Below are positions 1 to 15,400 of a stretch of DNA of 64,000 nt, in pieces. The position numbers were made by a program, and so were the translations under genes. Every line of letters begins with the position of its first letter. Positions within the stretch are counted from its first letter, which is position 1. The stretch lies in the NCBI GenBank assembly GCA_051294375.1, contig CM119268.1:19474625-19538624 (forward strand), given 5' to 3'. Source of the stretch: Paraspadella gotoi. Its lineage: Eukaryota; Animalia; Chaetognatha. Under the pieces are notes generated by a model, which saw only the letters and a list, made by a program, of their open reading frames with translations, did no database searches and was not told the DNA's origin.

Positions 1-38
<38 letters not shown>

Positions 39-197
39 GTCAAATAATATTTTTCATTTTGTCATCAATCGTCAGAGACGACGCTGAGATTTTCCACCTG
101 CGGATGTGAAAGCAAATGTTTGAAAAGCCAAGTCGCTTATTACATTTCATTTCATCAAACAGCGTCAATGAAGAAAATAATAATAATAATAATAATG

Positions 198-268
<71 letters not shown>

Positions 269-359
269 TTTCTAATACTAAGATGATGATATTATTAATA
301 ATAATGATTGATGATTATGATGATAATAATAATGATGATGATGATGATAATGATGATGC

Positions 360-411
<52 letters not shown>

Positions 412-755
412 GATGACGTCGATGTCAGAGTTGATCCAGCTGAAGGATAAAGGCCAGCTGCGATCGTGAACGAAAAACCCGTCATATCCAGGTNNNNNNN
501 NNNNNNNNNNNNNNNNNNNNNNNNNNNNNNNNNNNNNNNNNNNNNNNNNNNNNNNNNNNNNNNNNNNNNNNNNNNNNNNNNNNNNNNNNNNNNNNNNNNN
601 NNNNNNNNNNNNNNNNNNNNNNNNNNNNNNNNNNNNNNNNNNNNNNNNNNNNNNNNNNNNNNNNNNNNNNNNNNNNNNNNNNNNNNNNNNNNNNNNNNNN
701 NNNNNNNNNNNNNNNNNNNNNNNNNNNNNNNNNNNNNNNNNNNNNNNNNNNNNNN

Positions 756-793
<38 letters not shown>

Positions 794-914
794 GTTTTAC
801 ACACAAATTAAACATATGTTTATCTTTCTCAGTTAGCAAAGGGAGAATAAATCTCACTTTAATTTTCAACTCAGATTCAACATCTTATGTTTAATTTAAA
901 AAAAAATAATTAAC

Positions 915-1317
915 TAATAATTATTTAATTAATTAATACATCTTGCATTTACATTTACTATAAAAAGAAAAAAACATAATCAATTAGTGAGACAGGTTTT
1001 TTGTTTTTTCCATTTAAACTCATTTCCACAGAAACGATTCCCTCGAATCTTGATTTCCAGCTTAATCACAAACTTTCTTACCCACATACAAAATTTTAGG
1101 TCAATCGCCCCATCCACTCATAAGCAATTGGTGTTCAAATAGTGAAATATAATTTTTTTTTTTCCATTTAAACTCATTTCCACTCGGACGATTCCATCGA
1201 AACTTAATATCCAGTTCAATATTCTTCCATCCAATCACGAGTAATTGGTGGTTTTTGCTAAGGTGACAAAGTGAATTATAAGGTCGGGATCTGCTGATAA
1301 GCAGATCCGACTAAAAA
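915..1317 (-). mobile_element. H1 element, partial
   Basis: Palindrome ggatctgct-gata-agcagatcc plus internal repeats (catttaaactcatttccac). Confidence 0.7.
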
Positions 1318-1789
1318 TTGAACTTTATGCGCTCTCTCTCCCTCTCTCTCTCTCCGCCTCCTCTCTCATTTTTAGCCGGCGCCACGGTCGTCCTCTGCTG
1401 TTTGTAAACAATCTCCCGCCCATCAACTGTTTGCTCCGAATTCTTTCGACAAACTTTTCTTCTGTTTGTTTCGTCTACTTAATGATTTTCTTACGATTCA
1501 AGGGGGTGGGGGCGGGGGGCGGGGGGCGGAAGCGGTAGGGTTTGGGTGCTTAGGAGAAGGCAATGACATTTTGAGCGCCGAATGACTTTCGCCTTGTTTT
1601 TTAAGTACAACGAGTTTTTTTTCACTTTTGGAGACTGAAATCGTCGTTAGCCACGTTTTTAATTTGTTGGTGATGAAATCACTTGCTCTAACATTTTTTG
1701 TTTTTATAGAAATTGTGGAAAAAAATCTATATTTAATGATTTTTGAGAGAAAGAGAGAGAGAGAGAGAGAAAATCTGTCAATTATTCAA

Positions 1790-4700
1790 TCATTACATTA
1801 TCAAAATCAATCAATTTATTAGTTATCTTATACAATCTAATTTTTCAATCAATCAATTTTATTACTGAATTAATTAATTATTTTAATCAATTAATCAATC
1901 AGGATCATATCACATCTTTATTCGGGCAATTTACTTGTTCATGTTCGCCATCATCGTCGTCGTTGCTTTTGTCGTGTCATTGACGAAAAGCACCTTAAAA
2001 CAAACATTTTGTATCAAATTTAATTAAAATTCTGTATGTAATTAATTAAATTAATTACCGCCTATTGATCGTCGGCAGATCACGACACTTGTTGCTCAAC
2101 ACTTGTTTATTTTCTTATCTATCCTTATTTCTTTCTTTCTTTCTTTTTCCTAGTACGTTTTCTTTCTTTCCTTATTTTCTTTTTTTCTTTCTTTCTTTCT
2201 TTCTTTATCTTTCTTTTCTTTCTTTCTTTCTTTCTTTCTTTCTTTTTTCTTCGATTTCTCCCTCGTGCATGCTCTCCTTTCTTTCTTTCTTTCCTTTTTT
2301 CTTTCTTCTCCTTTCCTTATTTTTTTCTCTTCCTTCATTTCTTCTTCTATCTCTTCTTTCTTTACTTCTTCTCATCACTTCTTTCTTTCTTTCGTTTTTT
2401 CTTTCTTTCCTTTCCCTATATTTCTTTGTATCTCCCATCTACCTTTCCTGTTCTCTTCTCCCTCCGTCCCTCTCCTCTTCTCCCATCCCCTCTTCCCCCT
2501 CTCGCTCTCTCTCTCTCTCTCCTCTCTCTCCTCTCTCTCTCGTCCTCTGCTCTCTCTACCTCTCTCTCTCCTCTCTCTCTTCCTCACTCCCCTAACGGGC
2601 TAGCTTACTTTGAACGTTTCTGTCTTTTTCTCTCACGCCCATCATCAAAGACTGACATCTGCAGTAGATTTGAGGTCGCATACCTTTTTGAAAAGATGGA
2701 CCGTCAATTGCGGTTTATTGTTGCGTTGTCATCGCTCGCCGTCATTTTCATCCGTCCCCGCCGTCATCGCTCTCCGTCCCACCTTGTCTTTCGTCGCTTT
2801 TCATCGTCGCCCCCGCTCACCCTTGCCTCTCCTCGTGCGTCATCCCACTCGCTCGCCGTCATTGCTCCCACCTCGTCTGACCCCGTTCATTTGTTCCATT
2901 GCTCATAGCGCCGTCATTGTCTCTCTTCCTCACCTCACTCGTCGCCGTCACCCTCCTGTCACCTTCGGTCCCGCCCCCGTCCATCCCCTGTCCACCTAGT
3001 CGCCGTCAATCTGTCTTTCGTCGGTCATCGATCCGTCGCCCCTGCTTCACCTTGTCTCTCCGTTCGTCGTCATTTCGTTCGCCGTCATTACTTCGCTTTT
3101 TACGTTTTGAATCGTTTTTTAGTCCGGCCACCCTCCCTCGCCTTTATTTCATTACGTTTCACCCCTCCGTACCACCATTGTCACCCCGCCAGTCTTCCTC
3201 CGCTCTCACTGTTCATCTCGCTCCGTCGTTGCTTGTCCCGTTTTTTATTTTTCCACCAACCGAATCCAGTAAATAACATGAGACTGCCATAACTAAAATT
3301 ACAAAGCAACAATGCCACCGGACGTGCAATGGACACTCGTGAATCGATCACAGCTAACTTCTCCAACAAATGCCCCTATCATGCACCTGAAGTACACGTT
3401 GACTTTAGTTTCTTAATCGCCGACAAACCCCCCCACACTTCTAACAACGTATTTTTACCTGCCTTCAATTTGGTTCTAGATAACGAATACCCTACTTACA
3501 ACCGCAACCCCCGATCTACCTTTTCGTCCTTTCCACATTTCTCCGCTGGGTTACGAAAAACAGCGCGTAGAGTGAAAATAATTAATAAATTCTTGGTAAC
3601 TATACTGTACCAGCTTTACAATAAAATAATATTTGCCAACCTACTCGGTAATAAAATGTTCATAAAAATAGCTAATAAACAAAACTAATAAAAACAAAAT
3701 AGCAATCGTGGAAGCTAAAGGCGAACAAAATAAACCTGCCAGCAGCATCGGGAGTGGTCCTGCCCGCTAGCAACGCTGCCCGGAGATACTGCGGGCGGCC
3801 GTGCTCGCCGTTTCTGCCCGCAGCTGCCGTCTCCCACTGCAGCAGCGCGGCCATCAAAAATTCTGACTTTAAACTTGGGTCAAGGAAGAAGCATGTCTGA
3901 AGGGTGGAATTAGAGGCAGAAAAGAGAGGAGAGAGAAGGATACGAGAGATAACAGCAGAGAGAGAGAACCCTCTACGCGCGGAGAGGACGCGACAGAGAC
4001 GAGACCGCAGCAGCGGGATGCAGCCAGCTTCGGCCTGTGGCGCACGGCCAGCGCGAGCAGCGCGCGAGCGCCCGCGAGGCGGAGAGAGGCCGAGACGAGA
4101 GAGAAAGATGAGAGAACCGAGATAAGAGGGAAGACGCTAGAACTAGAGCTCGTGACGAACAAGCCCGAGCCGTTTTTTTAAAAATAAAGTAATTTTCTCT
4201 TAAAATCTTTTACCGGGGGGCCCTCCCCCCCAAGGTACGAATCGATGGCAATCATTGTTAATATTAAGTATTTTAAAAAAATCCGACCATAAATAGGGGC
4301 TAGCCGCCCACTCAATGGCGGTGAGTCAATAAATTTAGAGTGCATACATGCTCTCAAACGAATATTTAGACATTTTAAGAACTACTTTCAATGGACAAAA
4401 ACAATTTCTTAACTATGGCTCGTATACCCTAGTAATTATTTTTTAATATTCTTATTTATAGGCATTAGGAAAGCACCAAAAATGTTTTTTGAATTTAATT
4501 TTAAGGGACCAGACTCAGATAGCTCATTAAAAAGTTGTCTACACAAAAGTATGATTCCTTTTTAAAATATTTTACGCATAGAGCTGTTGTTCAAAAAATA
4601 AGAAAACTATAAGATAAATCAATCACTCTCATCATTTAAACGTAATGAATCTCTTTAAAAGCTGCTAGATTATAATTTCTCTGTTTTTAACTTTTTATGC

Positions 4701-7700
4701 TTCTATTGCAAGAATCCATCCAAAACAATTTTAACAGATTTTAAAAAAACTAGTATTTCTCTGCTCTATCTAGTAGGTAATTTATCATTTATCCCAACTT
4801 ACCATACACTCTACTGGTCATGCATCAGATTGATTTTAACGCCTGTACTCATTAAGCATTTAAATTCATCGGCATGAGTGCGCTTACGCATTAATTAGAA
4901 AATATTAATTCAAAATCGTCGGAAATCCACCCCTCTTGCAAGATTTTTGCCATAGAAGATCTTTTCCTGGCAAATCTGACTCCGCGGTGAAAAACTCTTA
5001 GAATATCCGATCGTTAGCTCCTCTTTACTCTTACTTTTTAAAAAGAAAATTTTTTACCCAAAATGCGCACTAGACTGTCACTTTTACCATGGATCGTATT
5101 CTCTCAAAAAACCACAATAAAATGGTAAACGAAACAGATTTTGGACCGAGCCTTCAGACACTATTGCCCCAAAGGATCCAAAATTGGAACCTCAATTTGA
5201 ACTAGGAAACATACCCTCCCCGCCTCACATTTTATTATCGTTTTCAAGGCGCACAAAACCAATCCCCTTTCACTTTCTATATAAATCAGAGACCTGGAAA
5301 ATTTTTCCGCTCCAGTAAGCCAGTTCTAGTCTAGTACTCTGGCTGGTTTGATATCAAAAGATGCTTGATTGATTTCGACAATGAGGAAAAAAAATCGGCC
5401 CGAGCCCTTCCAGATGCCAACACACGGATCGGAATTCACAGTGTATACAACCCTTTTCAATATCCAGCAGTGACTATTACCTCTTACCCTCCAGTTCGCA
5501 TCCCCTTCTTCTCTCACTCACGTGACGTCCTCGCCCTTCTCTACTTCTGTCCCCTCCCTGGTCAGCTCCCAGCATCTTGTCTCAATGCTATCACCCTTCC
5601 AGAAATCATAAAAAATATAATACTCGTACTTCCATGATAAATGCATAAAACATTCACTAAACGAATTAAGACTACATAGAACGAAGACATCGAAATGCAG
5701 ATAAGAGATGAAAAGAAGAAAAAAGAAAAAAACTATGAATATGAGAAGATAAAGATGCTGTAGCAAGAGTAGAGATTAGACCAGATTACTTTAAAAAAAG
5801 AAACAGAAAAAAACATAATGCAATTTAAGGGTGCTAGGACACGGGTTGTTTAGATATATTAGTGTGATCCATTTCAAACTCATCCACCCCGGCAAAAAGC
5901 GAGTGTTCTCCTCGAAATCGGTCATGGATTTCGCAGCTTGAACAGGGTCCAAGACGCAGCGAAAATTTGCGAGATATCTGAGAGAAAGAAAGACGGCCGA
6001 CGCTAAAACAATAATCAAATTATTTTTATGCGTGGTTTACCGAGAAGATCAGACTTCAACTCGACAATACCTGAACTCTATAAATAGATATAAATTGAGG
6101 GTTCTCCTATAGATTTCAAAGATGCTAAGGAACTATTCGCATATATTGCTCTTATCGTAGTTTTCGGTTTCCCGGTCTGTCTCGTTAGACATCCGACCTG
6201 CTCTTCGCGTCAGTCGCTCGCCAGAAAACCCGCGACCACTTCCAATTAAAATAATGTTCACAGTATACAAATATAATACTATCCCCATCGACCAATACCA
6301 AACGTTTCCCACGAGCGTAAAAAATTATTAACAGCGTTCTGTTTAATAGAGCTCTCTATCACAGTGATACTCTCACAGCATAGTAGTCGCGGATATGTAT
6401 ACTTTCTTCTACAGTGCTTCCTGCGGCTCTGCTTCGATACAGCAATTCCCGCAGCTCAAATAAGTCTCTATCTGGTCAATCTCTCTCTTTTCATCGGTCT
6501 GGCTCTCTCTTCTCCCCTTCCTCCTCCTCTCTCTTTCTCTCCTTCTTCCTCTCCTCTCCTCTTTCTCTCTCTCTCCCTCCTCTCTCTCCTCCCTTCTTCT
6601 CTCCTCCTCTCTTCTCTCATTTCAATCTCCTCTCCTCCTTTTCTCTCTTCCTTCTATATTCTTGTTCTATTAAAATTCCCGGTCTAAAAAATTCCCTTAA
6701 CCTATCTTTTTTCTAAATTTCCCTGTGTCTTCCCCCATTATGAGACCTATTCCCGTCGGCGACTGAATAATGGACTCAAGCCATCGGGGGGCAAATGCGG
6801 CGGAACAGGTGAGTTGAGGGGTTGAGGAGGTTGCACGGTTACAAGTGGGCGTAGGGGCCGGTGTGCAAAAGCTATGCAGCAACCATAAAGGACTAAGAAG
6901 ACCCTAGTTTAAACCCCATCTTCCTCGCGGAGACATTGCTAGAAACACCCGAGAGAGCGAGTTTGGTGATCTTTCTAGGACCCTGCAAAAATTCTGCCTC
7001 GGTCTCTCTCTCTCCTCTGCTCTCCTCTCTCCCTCACCTCTCTCTCTCGTCTCTTCTCTCTCTCTCTTCTCCTCTCTCTCTCTCTCTCTCACCTTTCCCC
7101 CTCTCTCTCTTTTCTCTTTCGGCCTGTTAAACAATCTCGCCCCGGCCCCGATCAAGCTGATTTAATCGGTCTTCACGGTCGGGCCGTCAACAAACCGCGG
7201 AGGTACATCGACCCGGCTCTTTCTCGCTGAAAAATTCTCCTAAATAAACCTTCTCTTTCCAAGTTTTTCAATCCGTCCTCCTGTGGTCTTTCAAATATCG
7301 TTTTCACCCTTACTTTAAATTTAATTATTTGACTATCATGTTTTGATCCTTAAAAACCCGATCTATCAATTGAGAGAGGTGTGTATTGAAAGTGGTTTTT
7401 TCGATTTCGCCCGGGTTCGGACTAATGAAAGTTGTCAGGTTTCTTTGTGTCATAAAGTTACTTTTGCCCAATTTACCGCTCAGCAATACGTCTATTCTAA
7501 TTTGAATTATTTCCCCTGAGTAATATTTCAAAAAATATCTTACTCTGAGTAGAGAAGTAATGTTTCATTATGTTAAATGAACGGTGACGTTATATTCACA
7601 AATTTCATTAATTAGAAAGCCCAAGGCGAAAAATAGGAGTTAGACGTAATAACCATATCCTCGTTCGCTAAGAGGTCATAATTTTAATTAGACTTAATAT

Positions 7701-10700
7701 TACCGTTGTAGATATCTCTCTGATTCAAACATCGAGAAAACAATTTTTCTGCCGTGTCATAGAGGAGAATTAGGCCAAGTTAAAATTACCCGGCACAATG
7801 GCTAGAAGTATGGACCTGTACAATAATCGCCTTGTTTAGTATTAAAGCTTGAGAGGAAACCGCTGCAATCACCAAGATGGCTCAGAGAATGCGTGACAAT
7901 TAACTAGTTATAATAAAGCTTGAGAGGAATCGCTAACTCAGCATGCGCACATGGAACGCATTGGCTGACGAATAAGTATTCAAAAGTTTGAGAGAACCCG
8001 CTAAACACAGGACTGGCAGGAGTATGTGTCGACAATAATATTACACTATTTTTGGAGGATGGAAATCGCTCCGTAGCCACCGATTTTTAATTTGTTTGCA
8101 GATGAGGCATTATAAATTAAAAGAGCTTCGAGCAGGACACCGCTAACCATCAGCTGAGCCATGATGCGATCTAGGTAGCATAAACCTATTTTCGTTTAAA
8201 GCAGAGATATATCTAAAGCATTAGAAATTGTTGGGGAAAAGAGAGGAAAACCGCTAATACACAGTAATGTGGCAAGGAGCTATTGGTGTACAAATTGATA
8301 CTAGTTATTGAAACCTTGAGAAGAAGGGACGAGCGCAGAACCGCTGAACACAGGATGGCGCGAAGAGATGGTGCATGAACCGACGGAGATTGAAGGCAGT
8401 AGACGCGCTGAAATTGCAGTGATCGGGAGCGAGAAGAGAAGATAGAAGAAGCGAGAGAAAAGTACCGCAGAAGAAAAGGACGAAGGAGAAAGGCTGCGAT
8501 GATGCAGAGGAGGGCAGGGACGATGGAGGAAATGAAAAGAGAGGGAAAGTTAAAGGAGGAAAGAAAAGAGAGCAAAGCAAAGGCAGGAAACGTAATAGGA
8601 AGGGAGAGACATAAGAAAAGAAGAGAGGAAGAAAAGAGAGTAAAGAAAAAGGAGGGAAAGGAGAAAACGAAGAGGTAAGGCGATGAGGAGAAGACAAGAG
8701 AATAAGCATAGGGCCAGTAGAGAAGGAAAAAGAGAGAGAAGCCAGGACAGAACGAAGGAGACGGAGGAACGATGCGGAGCGAGAGAGAGAGGACGACGAG
8801 AGCATGACAACGACGATGAACCAGATGAACCACGCACAACCAGACCAGCAGTACCAAGAACCAAGAAAGACCAGAACATATGACTCGGAGAAGACAGAGA
8901 AGAAGAAAAAAGGAAGAGACTATTGAACAAAAACAGCCAAATACTCAAATCCAAGCTAAAACAGGACAATCTGACCGACATTAGTCATCACACATACCCA
9001 TCATTATACTGTCCCGGACCATAGCGCTCTCATCTCTCTACTTCTCTCTCTTCTCTCATTCTAACTCTCATCTCTCATCTCATCTCTCTCTCTCTTTTCT
9101 CCCTCAACAACTCCCTTGCTATCCTTGACAACGATAACAACAACACCTCTGCCCACAACCTCCGTCTTTTCAACAGATGTGAAAAAATCCCACAAATTTT
9201 AACCAACACATCCAACTACATACTCATAAATAGAATAATATGATAGATTAATGCTGAATACGGGAGTGAAAGGTGGGAAAACCAGAATTATAAAAAAAGA
9301 ATGAAATGGTAGATAAGATTTTACAACAACACACCCTTATCCTATAAAAAAAGTCGGATACAAAAAAACAAGGATTGACAAAGGAGTAAAAACAAGGTAA
9401 TAGAAACTGACAACAATTTAGTAAACGAAAAAAAATGAAGTAAAGCAACCGGGAACAGGCCCTTATTTTGTCCTAAAAGATGCTTTAAATATACTTAATA
9501 ACATTCATATATTTAACAATCTAGTTTTAAGGTACTGTTTCATATAAAAGTATTAGAGTTAATCGGAATACCCTGGCGCGCTTTTCGAGAAAAAGACGCG
9601 GAGCCGGCACAGCATAGCGAGACTAGAAACAGGTAAGACAGTCGCCGAGGAAGATCACTGTCACGAGTCATGAATAAGCGGAGAAAAAAAGGAAAAGGTG
9701 AGGAAAGGAAAATAGTGAGAGGTTTTTTCGAATATATTGATACTGCGGAGGCAGAATAAGATAGTTCAGGACCCGTCGCATTCTGTATGTGTCCACCTCT
9801 CGAGCCGTTGACGATCGAACCACGCTCCTCTAACGCTGCACGAAATAAAGTCCATGAATCATACTCTTTGAGGTAGGCGGGGGGAACGGAGGCGGGGGAT
9901 GGAACGGGGGCGTTTTTCCTTGACTTTGTTCTCTTTTCCCAGTTCTTGCCTCGTCTATCCTCTTCTTGTTCCTTGGTGACATCTACCTTTTACAATTTCC
10001 TACCATGAGTCTCTCTCTATCATATAATACTCTCTTTACATTCTAATCACTACGTTCACCCGTAACCATTGCTTGTATCTAATTTATTTCGTTATAAGTC
10101 CAAGATCAACATTTATATAATTAGGGTTGGTAAGATTTGGCTGTTTCAATTTAAAAGAAGTTCTAGAGAACAAAGACGAGAGGCGTGAGGAAAGAGCCAG
10201 AGAGAAGAGAGATGGCCGTGTGCCCGATCGCACCCAACACGCCCAGCCCGCTGGGGGAGTTCATAGAGCAGCCACGGCGACGTGACGCGCCTGATCTCGG
10301 TGGAGACGAGGCACCGTGAGAATCGAAGAGAGACCGAGAGAGAGAGAGACGACGCGCTATGGTTCGAAGAATGGAGGCGGAGTACTTAAGTCAGTCGCAG
10401 GATTGTCTTTTTTACTTTGATGCAGCTATTTGCGCAGTTTTTGCTTCAAATAGTCTCTCTCTTCTCGTTTCTCTGCTACTCTCTGACGTCTATGTCTCTG
10501 TTCTCTGTCTGTCTCTGTCTGCCTGCCTCTCTGCTCTCTCTCTCTCTCTTCGCTCTCTCTCTATCTCTCTCTCTTCTCTATCTCTCTCTATCTCTTCCTC
10601 TCTCTCTCTCTCTCTCTCCTCTCTCTATCTCTCTCTCTCTCTCTCNNNNNNNNNNNNNNNNNNNNNNNNNCCTCTCTCTTTCTCTTAGAACTTCTTTTAA

Positions 10701-12384
10701 ATTGAAAACCAAATTTACCAACCTAATTATATAAATGTATCTTGGACTAAAACGAAATAAATTACACAATGGTACGTACGTATGTTAATTAAAGAAGTAA
10801 TATAACTTTAAAAGTATGTCCACCCGTTTCCTCAAAATATGATTCTGACTTTATTCCCCTTCGACGAACCGCTCTACGTCGACGGGTCCTGACTTTTTCT
10901 CCCTCCAGTTCTTTGCCTTCTCTATTTCCTTTCCTCCCTTTCCTTTTTCTCCCTTTCATCTTACATCTCTTCTTCCGCTTCTTCCTTTTCTAGCTTCCTA
11001 TCTTCCGGCTCTCTTTTTCAAAAGCGCCCAGTTTCCGTTACTCCTAAATATTTATACCTAAAAACTAATTTAATTATGAATTTATTAAGAATTAAAGCTC
11101 TTTTAGGAAAATAAGGGCCTTTCGGCTTTCTTCAATTTTTTTCTTTAATTTTCAGTTCTATTACTTTTTCTCTTTTTCTTTGTTTTTTTTCCGACTTTTT
11201 AATAATTGTTTTTTATCTCACCTTCATTTTTATTTCTTTTCACCTTTCCTCCCTTTCATATCCTACCTTTCCTCCCTTTTCTTTTCTCTTTTCCTCCCTT
11301 TTTTTTCCTCGCTTACCTTCGTTTTCTTTCCTCCTTTTTCTTTACTCTTTTCCTCCCTTTTCTTTCTTATCTTCCTTCCTTTACTTTCCTCCCTTTGCTT
11401 TCCTCTCTTTTCTTTCCTCCCTTTACTTTCCTCTCTTTTCTTTCCTCCATCGCCTGCCCTCTCAGCTTCTCCTCCTTTTTCTTCTGGGATTTCTCTTTCT
11501 TTTCTTTCCTCCCCGAATGCATTTCACGGTTACGCCTTCATCTCCGTCGGTTTATCACCATCTCTGCCATCTGTGTCAGCGGTTCCTCTCAAGCTTTAAT
11601 ACTTTATTGTCACCATCTCTGCCATCTGTGTTAGCGGTTCCTCTCAAGCTTTAATACTTTATTGTCACCATCTCTGCCATCTGTGTTAGCGGTTCCTCTC
11701 AAGCTTTAATACTTTATTGTCACCATCTCTGCCATCTGTGTTAGCGGTTCCTCTCAAGCTTTAATACTTTATTGTCACCATCTTTGCCATCTGAGTTAGC
11801 GATTCCTCTCAAGCTTTAATACTTTATTGTCACCATCTCTGCCATCTGTGTCAGCGGTTCCTCTCAAGCTTTAATACTTTATTGTCATCATCTCTACCAT
11901 CTGTAATTTTTAATCTAATCTCTTTGACACCAAATTTTTCTCGATGTGAACATCTGATAAAATATTTAAACGGTAAATTAGTAATAAAATTATATCTAGA
12001 ACGAGACTTTATTACGTTAAGCTCTTTTTTCCCTTGGGCTTTAATTATGAATTTGTGAATTAACGTCACCGTTCATTTAACATAATAAACATTACTTCTA
12101 CATCAGGTAAGATATTTTGAATTTACTCAGGGGAAAAATTAAATAGTAGACGTAATTGTGAGGGTAAATTCAAAGTATCATAACAAAAAATGACAATTTC
12201 ATTAGTGAAGAATCGAAAAAACTTTCAAACATTCTAATTTTTTATCAACTGATAAATTTTAAAGGGTGAAAAAATATTTGAGGCTGTAAACTTGGAAAAG
12301 ATTTTATAGAAATTTAACGAGAAGAAGCCGTCGACTCTCTTGTTGACCCCGAGTGAAGAATTTCACGAGAGAGAAAGAGGGAGG

Positions 12385-12482
<98 letters not shown>

Positions 12483-15400
12483 CCCGCGATAAGCTGGCAT
12501 TAAATGGAAGGATTTTAAAAAGAAGCTGTTTTTTTTGTCAAAGTGGATCGGGTTTTTTTTACATTTTTGGGGGTTTTTCATCGCCGCATCAACGGACGAC
12601 GGCCGAAACTCGATGCAGCGAAGCTTCGATCTCAAAGACTCATAATCTATTATTCATTCATTGAATTTCTCTCTACAGGCATTTTTTACTCCCTCTTTCT
12701 TTCNNNNNNNNNNNNNNNNNNNNNNNNNNNNNNNNNNNNNNNNNNNNNNNNNNNNNNNNNNNNNNNNNNNNNNNNNNNNNNNNNNNNNNNNNNNNNNNNN
12801 NNNNNNNNNNNNNNNNNNNNNNNNNNNNNNNNNNNNNNNNNNNNNNNNNNNNNNNNNNNNNNNNNNNNNNNNNNNNNNNNNNNNNNNNNNNNNNNNNNNN
12901 NNNNNNNNNNNNNNNNNNNNNNNNNNNNNNNNNNNNNNNNNNNNNNNNNNNNNNNNNNNNNNNNNNNNNNNNNNNNNNNNNNNNNNNNNNNNNNNNNNNN
13001 NNNNNNNNNNNNNNNNNNNNNNNNNNNNNNNNNNNNNNNNNNNNNNNNNNNNNNNNNNNNGTCTACGTCGTTCTTAGAGATCAAGGAAGACTTTTTCAAT
13101 TGAGACAATCTGACTACCAAACAATATAAACGCTCCTGGTAAAAATNNNNNNNNNNNNNNNNNNNNNNNNNNNNNNNNNNNNNNNNNNNNNNNNNNNNNN
13201 NNNNNNNNNNNNNNNNNNNNNNNNNNNNNNNNNNNNNNNNNNNNNNNNNNNNNNNNNNNNNNNNNNNNNNNNNNNNNNNNNNNNNNNNNNNNNNNNNNNN
13301 NNNNNNNNNNNNNNNNNNNNNNNNATTTTGATATGATACGATCATGGTAAAGTGAATTAGTCCAGTTTGGTAAAATTTTATTTAAAGTAAAAGTAAAAGA
13401 GGAGCTAACGATCGGAATTCTAAGAGTTTTCAACCCGGAGTCAGATTCAGGAAAAATCTTCTATGGCAAAAATCTTCCAAAGAAGGGGTGGATTTTCCGA
13501 AGATTTTGGTTAATATTTTCTATATTTATGGTAGCCATAGCCGATGAAATTTAAATGCTAATGTATACAGCGTTAAAATAATCTATCATGACCATAGATT
13601 ATGGTATTAAAATATATTACTATATAGAGCAAAAAATATTTTTTTAAAATCTTAAAATTTTTTGATGGATTCTGATAAAGCATAAAAAGTTAAACAAGAA
13701 ATATAATTACAGCTTTTAAAAATTCTTACGTTTAAAATGATGATGATGATGATGATTTTTTATAGTTTTTCTTATTTTTGACACACTTATCGTAAAAATA
13801 TTTAAAAAGGAATCATACTTTGTGTAGACAACTTTTTATGAGCTATCTGAATCTGGTCTTAAAATTTAAAAATTCAAAAAACATTTTTTGGTCTTTCCTA
13901 TCTATAAANNNNNNNNNNTTCAGACATCTTCTCCTTGACCCAAGTTAAAGTCAGATTTTGATGGCCGCCTGCTGCAGTGGGAGAGCAGCTGCGGCAAGAA
14001 ACGGCGACACGGCCGGCCGCAGTATCTCCGCAGCGTTGCAGCGGCAGGACATCCCGATGCTGCTGCAGGTTTTTTTCGCCTTTAGCTTCGACGATTGCTA
14101 TTTTGTTTTTATTAGTTTTGTTTATTACTTTTTTATGACATTTTTATTACCAGTAGGTTGCAAATATTATTTTTATTATAAACTGTACAGTATATTACAA
14201 AATTTATTAATTATTTCACTTACCTGTTTTCGTAACCCAGCGGAAAATGAAAGACAAAATATCGTTGCGTTAATTTATTTTATTAGACAAATTGAAGCAG
14301 TAAAAATTACGTTTTAGAATGTTTTGTCATTAAAACTAAATCAACTTATTCATCATAACATTTTTGAATTAATCATTCATTCCATTCATTCATTGCTTTA
14401 ATTTTCGTTTAATCATTCATTTATTTTTACTTTCGGTTTGAAAATAAAAAACGGGACAACAACGACGACGAAGATGACAGTGAACGAAAGACTGACAATG
14501 ACGAGAAATAATAAATAACAATGACTAAAACTAAAACTAAAAGCGAGTAATGACGGCGACGATGACGACGACGAAGACAATGACAGCGACGATGATGACG
14601 ACGAAGACAATGACGGCGACTATGACAATGACGGCGACGATGACAATGACGGCGACGATGATGACGAAGACCAATGGACGGCGCTTATGACAATGGACAA
14701 TGACGGCGACGCATGCAATGACGGCGCGATGTGACGACGAAGACAATGACGGCGACGATGAAAACGACGAAGACAATGACGGAGACGATGACGGCGACGA
14801 TGAAAATGACGGCGACGATGACAACGACAATAAACCCAATTACGTCATCTTTTCAATTATCGACCCTCAAATCTACTCAATTATCTTTGATGATCGTCGA
14901 GAGAAAAACAGAACGTTCAATACTGCCGTTAGGGGAGTGAGGAGACAGAGAGGAGAGAGAATGAACGAGGCGCGGAGGGAGTGGAGAGATAGAGAGGAGG
15001 AACGAGGAGAGAGAGCAGAGAGAGAGAGCGATGAGGGGGAAGAGGGATGGAAAGAGAGAGGGACGGAGGGAGAGAGACAGGAAGGTAGAGGGAGAAAAAA
15101 AGAAATAAGGAAAGAAAGAAAGAAAANNNNNNNNNNNNNNNNNNNNNNNNNGGGAAAGGGGAGGAAAGAGAGAGCAAGGGGTGAGGGGAGAAGAGAGAGG
15201 GAAGGAGGAAAAGGAGGGAGAGAAGAGAGGAGAGAGGGAGAGAGGGGAAGGGGGGGAGGAGAGGGAAGAAGAAGAAAGAGGAGAAGGGGGTACAAAGAGG
15301 AAGAGGAGAAATGGAGGGGGAGGGTATAAAACAAGAAGGAAAGGCAGAGGAAGGAGGGAAGGGAGGGAGAATGAGGAATAAAGGGAAAAGAGAAAGAGAG

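Noticed and set aside
11556-11904. Regular 55-bp repeats as a CRISPR array
   Set aside because: The units are head-to-tail with no unique spacers, the context is eukaryotic and there are no cas genes.
14530-14830. Asp-rich ORF segment
   Set aside because: It is a degenerate (GAC/GAT) trinucleotide repeat like several others in the window (about 29350, 34500).
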